A DNA stretch of 64,000 bases from Gammaproteobacteria bacterium (GTDB lineage Bacteria > Pseudomonadota > Gammaproteobacteria > SZUA-152): the NCBI GenBank assembly GCA_021647505.1, contig JAKIUN010000001.1:17828-81827 (forward strand), in the 5' to 3' direction. Made by a program: the position numbers and the translations under genes. Positions within the stretch are counted from its first letter, which is position 1. Every line of letters starts with the position of its first letter. Shown in pieces: positions 59,969 to 64,000 of this stretch. The notes beneath the pieces are model-generated. The model was given only the letters and a program-made list of their open reading frames with translations, did no database searches and was not told the DNA's origin.

Positions 59969-60859
59969 ATGTACCTCGAACACTTCGGCTTGCGGGAAAT
60001 GCCCTTCTCGCTGACCCCGGACACGGAGTTTTTCTACCGCTACGGTGCTTGGCAGGAGGCCTTCGAGGTGCTCATGGTGGCCCTGCGTGGTGGTGAGGGT
60101 TTCATCAAGATCAGCGGCGAGGTGGGTACTGGCAAGACCCTGCTGTGCCGTAAGTCGCTGGCGAGCCTGGATGAGGACGAATTCGTTACCGCCTGGCTGC
60201 CCAATCCCTGCCTGACGCCTGCCGCTCTGCGTATGGCGTTGGCCGATGAGTTGGGTATCCGCTATCCGCGTAACCAGGGTCAGCATCGTCTGCTGACCTT
60301 GATCAACGAGACCCTTATCGAGATTAACGCCAGCGGCCGTCGCGTGGTGGTGTTGCTCGACGAGGCCCAGGCCCTGCCCGACGATACCCTCGAAGCCCTA
60401 CGTTTGCTGACCAATCTGGAAACGGAAAAACGTAAACTGCTGCAAGTGGTGCTGTTCGGCCAGCCGGAACTGGATGAGCGATTGGCTCAACCCGGTCTGC
60501 GTCAACTGCGCCAGCGTATCGGTTTTTCGCATCGCTTGCGGGCCATCGACCACAAGGGCCTGCCGGGTTACCTCAATCACCGCCTGCGGGTGGCTGGTTA
60601 TCACGGCACAGCCCTGTTCAGCGCAGAGGCGCAGGCGGCACTGTTTAAGGCCAGTCGGGGCATTCCGCGTCTGATTAACATCCTTGCCCACAAGTCACTG
60701 ATGGCCGCCTTCGGGCGTGGCCTGTCCGTGGTGAACCGGGACTGCGTGGTGTTGGCCTGTGCCGATACCGAGGGTGTCGTGACAGCCCCGCGTGGCCTGC
60801 TGGCCCGCCTGCGCTCACGCCGGGGTGCGGCGTTGGCGGCCGGGGTGGGTGCGGCATGA
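59969..60859 (+). CDS. mshM: MshM (ExeA-like AAA ATPase)
   Basis: Start MYLEHFGLREMPFSLTPDT at ATG 59969; Walker A GEVGTGKTLLC. Confidence 0.8.
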   Translation: MYLEHFGLREMPFSLTPDTEFFYRYGAWQEAFEVLMVALRGGEGFIKISGEVGTGKTLLCRKSLASLDEDEFVTAWLPNPCLTPAALRMALADELGIRYPRNQGQHRLLTLINETLIEINASGRRVVVLLDEAQALPDDTLEALRLLTNLETEKRKLLQVVLFGQPELDERLAQPGLRQLRQRIGFSHRLRAIDHKGLPGYLNHRLRVAGYHGTALFSAEAQAALFKASRGIPRLINILAHKSLMAAFGRGLSVVNRDCVVLACADTEGVVTAPRGLLARLRSRRGAALAAGVGAA

Positions 60860-62085
60860 GTCTCATCAACCAGGTGCTGTGTGATCTCGAAAGCCGTCGC
60901 GCCGTCCCGGCAACGGCCGGTGGCGTTGCCCCGTTGGCGCTGGCGGCGCAACGTGCGGCAGGCATTGACGCCCCGGCCGTCCCGGTACAGGCGACAAATA
61001 ATGGCCAGTCAGGCAATGCCCAACGCTGGCTGATCGTGATCATCGTATTACTGATGCTGTTGCTGGGTTTGCTGCTGTGGTCGTCGCAGCCGCCCTGGCA
61101 GGGATCTGGGCTGGAACGCATGCCGCCGCTTGTAACGGCTGAGGTCGTCGAAGCCGTGGCCCGTGTGCCGGTGGTGTCGATGAATGTGGAGCCCGTAGCC
61201 GTCGTGGTCACGGAATCTGTTGAGCCCACCGAACCCGTTGAGTCCACTGAATCCTCTGCGCCCACCGTGGCTATGCCGCTTGCAGCGCATCCGGCCGTCG
61301 TGGAGAGCGTTGCCACCGGGCCGCTTCCCCGGCCGGCGCGTGCCGGGCTGCCGCCGAGTCAGCCTTCACTACCGTCAAAGCCCTCGCCGGCCAAAGAGAC
61401 GCTGCCTGCGCAGATACCCGCCGCTGACATGCAGATCAGCATGCGAATTCGCCCCCTGGACAACGAACAACGTGCCCAGCAGGCCCTGCGCCGTGGCGTG
61501 GGTCTACTGGGACAGGGTAGTCAGGCCGAGGCGGAGCAGGCCCTGCGCGAAGCCGTGCGCCTTGCCCCTCGGTCGCCGCGTGCCTACGAGACTCTGGCGG
61601 CGCTGTATTTCAACAGTGATCGCCTCACTGAGGCGCAGACCCTGTTGGCCGACGGCGTGCGTCTGTCACCTCGCGCGGTGGGACTGGCGCAGCTCTACGC
61701 CCGCCTGCTGGCGGAGCAGGGCGAGCTGGCCACGGCGCTGGCGGTGTTGCAGCGGGCGAGCCCGCCACTGACGGAGAATGCCGATTATCACGCCTTGTTG
61801 GCGGCCCTGTATCAGCGTGCCGGCCGGCACCAGCCGGCGGTCTGGGTCTACCGTCAGTTGCTGGCCCAGCGCGGTACGCAGGCGACGTGGTGGATGGGGC
61901 TGGGCATCTCGCTGGAGGCCTTGGATGATAGCGCATCAGCGCTGGAGGCCTACCTCAAGGCACACCAGCTGGGTGCTGGGTTGAGCCCACAGGTGCTGGA
62001 CTATCTGGGCAGCCGTATTCGCGTGTTGGCGTCCCGTGTGGCGGTGGCGAAGACGGCTGTCGAAATGGCGAAGAGCGAGGAATAA
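60856..62085 (+). CDS. mshN: MshN (TPR-repeat protein)
   Basis: 409 aa, N-terminal TM, Pro/Val-rich spacer, TPR-like C-terminus. Confidence 0.6.
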   Translation: MSLINQVLCDLESRRAVPATAGGVAPLALAAQRAAGIDAPAVPVQATNNGQSGNAQRWLIVIIVLLMLLLGLLLWSSQPPWQGSGLERMPPLVTAEVVEAVARVPVVSMNVEPVAVVVTESVEPTEPVESTESSAPTVAMPLAAHPAVVESVATGPLPRPARAGLPPSQPSLPSKPSPAKETLPAQIPAADMQISMRIRPLDNEQRAQQALRRGVGLLGQGSQAEAEQALREAVRLAPRSPRAYETLAALYFNSDRLTEAQTLLADGVRLSPRAVGLAQLYARLLAEQGELATALAVLQRASPPLTENADYHALLAALYQRAGRHQPAVWVYRQLLAQRGTQATWWMGLGISLEALDDSASALEAYLKAHQLGAGLSPQVLDYLGSRIRVLASRVAVAKTAVEMAKSEE

Positions 62086-62088
62086 AGC

Positions 62089-63789
62089 GTGGCGCAGCTA
62101 AAACGCATTCGACTCGGTGACCTGCTGGTCGAACACAAGCTGATCTCCGAGGCCCAGCTCGACGAGGCCCTCATGGCGCAGAAAAAGACCGGCCGCAAGC
62201 TGGGCCGAGTGTTGATCGAGAACGGCTATGTCAAGGAAGATGAGCTGCTCAACCTGCTGTCGCGCCAGCTCAGCCTGCCCTATGTGGATCTGGCCAACTA
62301 TCAATACAAGCCCGGGGTGGTGAAGCTGATCGCGGAGACCACCGCGCGCCGTTACCGCGCTCTGGCCCTGGAAGAGACCCCGGACGGCCTGCTGGTGGGC
62401 ATGGCCGACCCCACCAATATTTTTGCCTACGATGATCTGGTGCGCATCCTCAAGCGCCCCATCAAGCTGGCAGTGGTGAAAGAGAGCGACCTGCTGCACG
62501 GCATCGAGCAGGTCTATCAGCACGGCGCCGAGATCCAGACCCTGGCCAGTGAGATCGATGATGACCTGGCGGAAAATGTCTTCGATCTGGATGCCCTGAA
62601 TCAGGCTGTCAGTTCTTCCGATGCACCGGTGGTGCGGCTGATCGAGACGGTGTTCGAAGAAGCCGTGCGCGCCAAGGCCTCGGACATCCATATTGAGCCG
62701 GATGAAAAAGTACTGCGTATCCGCCGCCGTATCGACGGTGTGCTGCAGGAACAGGTGATGAACGAGCGGGCCATCGCCCCGGCGCTGGTGTCGCGCCTGA
62801 AGCTGATGGCCGGGCTGGATATCGCCGAGCGTCGCCTGCCGCAGGATGGACGTTTCAATATCAAACTGAAAGACAAGTCGGTGGACGTGCGCTTTTCCAC
62901 CCTACCCACCCAGTACGGTGAGGCGGTGGTGATGCGCCTGCTGGATCATTCGGAGGGTGTGAAGGGACTGGATGAGATCGGTCTGTCCGCAACCATCAAG
63001 GCCCAACTTGAAAAGGCGATTCGTCGGCCGCACGGTCTGCTGCTGGTCACCGGCCCCACTGGCAGCGGCAAGACCACCACCCTGTACGCAGCGCTGAACA
63101 AACTCAATGATGCGACACGCAAAATTATCACCGTGGAAGACCCGGTGGAGTACCGGTTGTCGCGAGTCAACCAAGTGCAGGTGAATCCGAAGATCGGCCT
63201 CGATTTTGCGCGTGTGCTGCGTACTATCCTGCGCCAGGATCCGGATATCATCCTGGTTGGTGAAATTCGTGATCACGAGACCGCCGAGATCGCCCTGCGT
63301 GCGTCCATCACCGGTCACCTGGTGCTGTCGACTCTGCACACCAATGACGCCATCAGCACCGTGATGCGCCTGGTCGACATGGGAGTGGAGGATTTTCTCA
63401 TCGCCTCGGCGGTGCACGCGATCCTTGCCCAGCGGCTGGTGCGGCGCATCTGTGAAAAATGTCACACAGATTACACACCCGATGCCGGGCAACTGGCCTG
63501 GCTGGCGGGTGTGGTGGGTGAGGCGGCGACGCAGATGTCGTTCCGGCACGGCGCCGGTTGCCCGGCCTGCAGCCGCACCGGTTACAAGGGCCGCGTGCCA
63601 GTGCATGAAATGCTGGAGATCAACGAAGACTTGGCCGACGCGCTGCGCAACAAGGACTATGCGGAGTTCAAGCGTCTGGCATTGTTACAAGAAGGCTATT
63701 TACCGTTAGTGAAAAATGCTCTGGCGCTGGCCCAGCAGGGCGTGACCAGCCTGGATGAAGTAATTCGTGTCGGCGGGTGGGTGGAGTGA
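62089..63789 (+). CDS. mshE: MSHA biogenesis ATPase MshE (GspE family) with N-terminal c-di-GMP-binding MshEN domain
   Basis: LGDLLVEHKLISEAQLDEALMAQKKTGRKLGRVLIENGYVKEDELLNLL (MshEN-like); Walker A GPTGSGKTTT; tetracysteine CEKC..CPAC. Confidence 0.85.
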   Translation: MAQLKRIRLGDLLVEHKLISEAQLDEALMAQKKTGRKLGRVLIENGYVKEDELLNLLSRQLSLPYVDLANYQYKPGVVKLIAETTARRYRALALEETPDGLLVGMADPTNIFAYDDLVRILKRPIKLAVVKESDLLHGIEQVYQHGAEIQTLASEIDDDLAENVFDLDALNQAVSSSDAPVVRLIETVFEEAVRAKASDIHIEPDEKVLRIRRRIDGVLQEQVMNERAIAPALVSRLKLMAGLDIAERRLPQDGRFNIKLKDKSVDVRFSTLPTQYGEAVVMRLLDHSEGVKGLDEIGLSATIKAQLEKAIRRPHGLLLVTGPTGSGKTTTLYAALNKLNDATRKIITVEDPVEYRLSRVNQVQVNPKIGLDFARVLRTILRQDPDIILVGEIRDHETAEIALRASITGHLVLSTLHTNDAISTVMRLVDMGVEDFLIASAVHAILAQRLVRRICEKCHTDYTPDAGQLAWLAGVVGEAATQMSFRHGAGCPACSRTGYKGRVPVHEMLEINEDLADALRNKDYAEFKRLALLQEGYLPLVKNALALAQQGVTSLDEVIRVGGWVE

Positions 63790-63837
63790 GGCCGTTGGTC
63801 AGTGAAAAACGATGTAGCCAATGCGTCAGGTTCTGCT

Positions 63838-63857
63838 GGTGGGCAGTGCCCACCCTA
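63838..63857 (+). repeat. Second copy of palindrome GGTGGGCAGTGCCCACC downstream of mshE; followed by a second hairpin (aggacatggag.../...ctccatgttcc, 63883-63935)
   Basis: read directly. Confidence 0.7.
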
Positions 63858-64000
63858 CAAGGGATAAAAAATATTTCACCGCAGAGGACATGGAGGCACA
63901 CAGAGAATATAAATTTTAATGGTTTCTCCATGTTCCTTCGTGCCTTCTTTGGCAAAAAACCAAAAACCGTTTTGCGATGGATACTTGTTGGCGGAAAAAA

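Overview
This 64-kb window reads as a high-GC gammaproteobacterial chromosome segment (core genes about 60-65% GC, estimated by eye). Phosphoribulokinase and a dihaem cytochrome c4 hint at a chemolithoautotroph. Core content is mostly syntenic housekeeping. That includes recC-recB-recD, nadC, ispH, ilvD, argD-argF, a gpmI-envC-ctpA-yibQ cluster, an arsR/rhodanese-grx/trxC/secB/gpsA block, trmL, trpB, and an MSHA type IV pilus cluster (mshI,J,K,L,M,N,E) at the 3' end. There are two tRNAs (Phe-GAA and Gly-CCC). A c-di-GMP theme recurs: a GAF-GGDEF cyclase, a soluble histidine kinase followed by two single-domain PilZ proteins, and MshE with an N-terminal MshEN c-di-GMP-binding domain. Three regions look accessory. 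(i) An AT-rich patch at about 2.7-4.5 kb carries a small secreted Cys-rich protein. (ii) An IS graveyard at about 18.6-20.8 kb holds an ISAzo13-like transposase pseudogene interrupted by an IS4-superfamily element, plus a poly-C/(TC)n tract. (iii) A low-GC insertion of about 6 kb at about 36.45-42.46 kb abuts a truncated DJ-1/YajL-like gene. This insertion carries a BrnT/BrnA toxin-antitoxin pair, an IS66 remnant, a class-I SAM methyltransferase, a stand-alone bacterial SET-domain protein, and two families of about 130-160-bp modular repeats that share a GGGACAATAGGG junction motif. One repeat family forms a MITE with terminal inverted repeats. The other forms a conserved leader running into the SET gene start codon. 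I saw no CRISPR array, no integrase and no recognisable named defence system. The most unusual items are this repeat-structured cassette-like island, a rhodanese-glutaredoxin fusion beside a densely nested palindromic element, a membrane-anchored RRM protein, an MCP with a c-type haem (CxxCH) sensor domain, and several REP/MITE-like palindromes. One MITE supplies the start codon of its downstream gene. All calls come from reading the sequence and recalling motifs; no searches were run.
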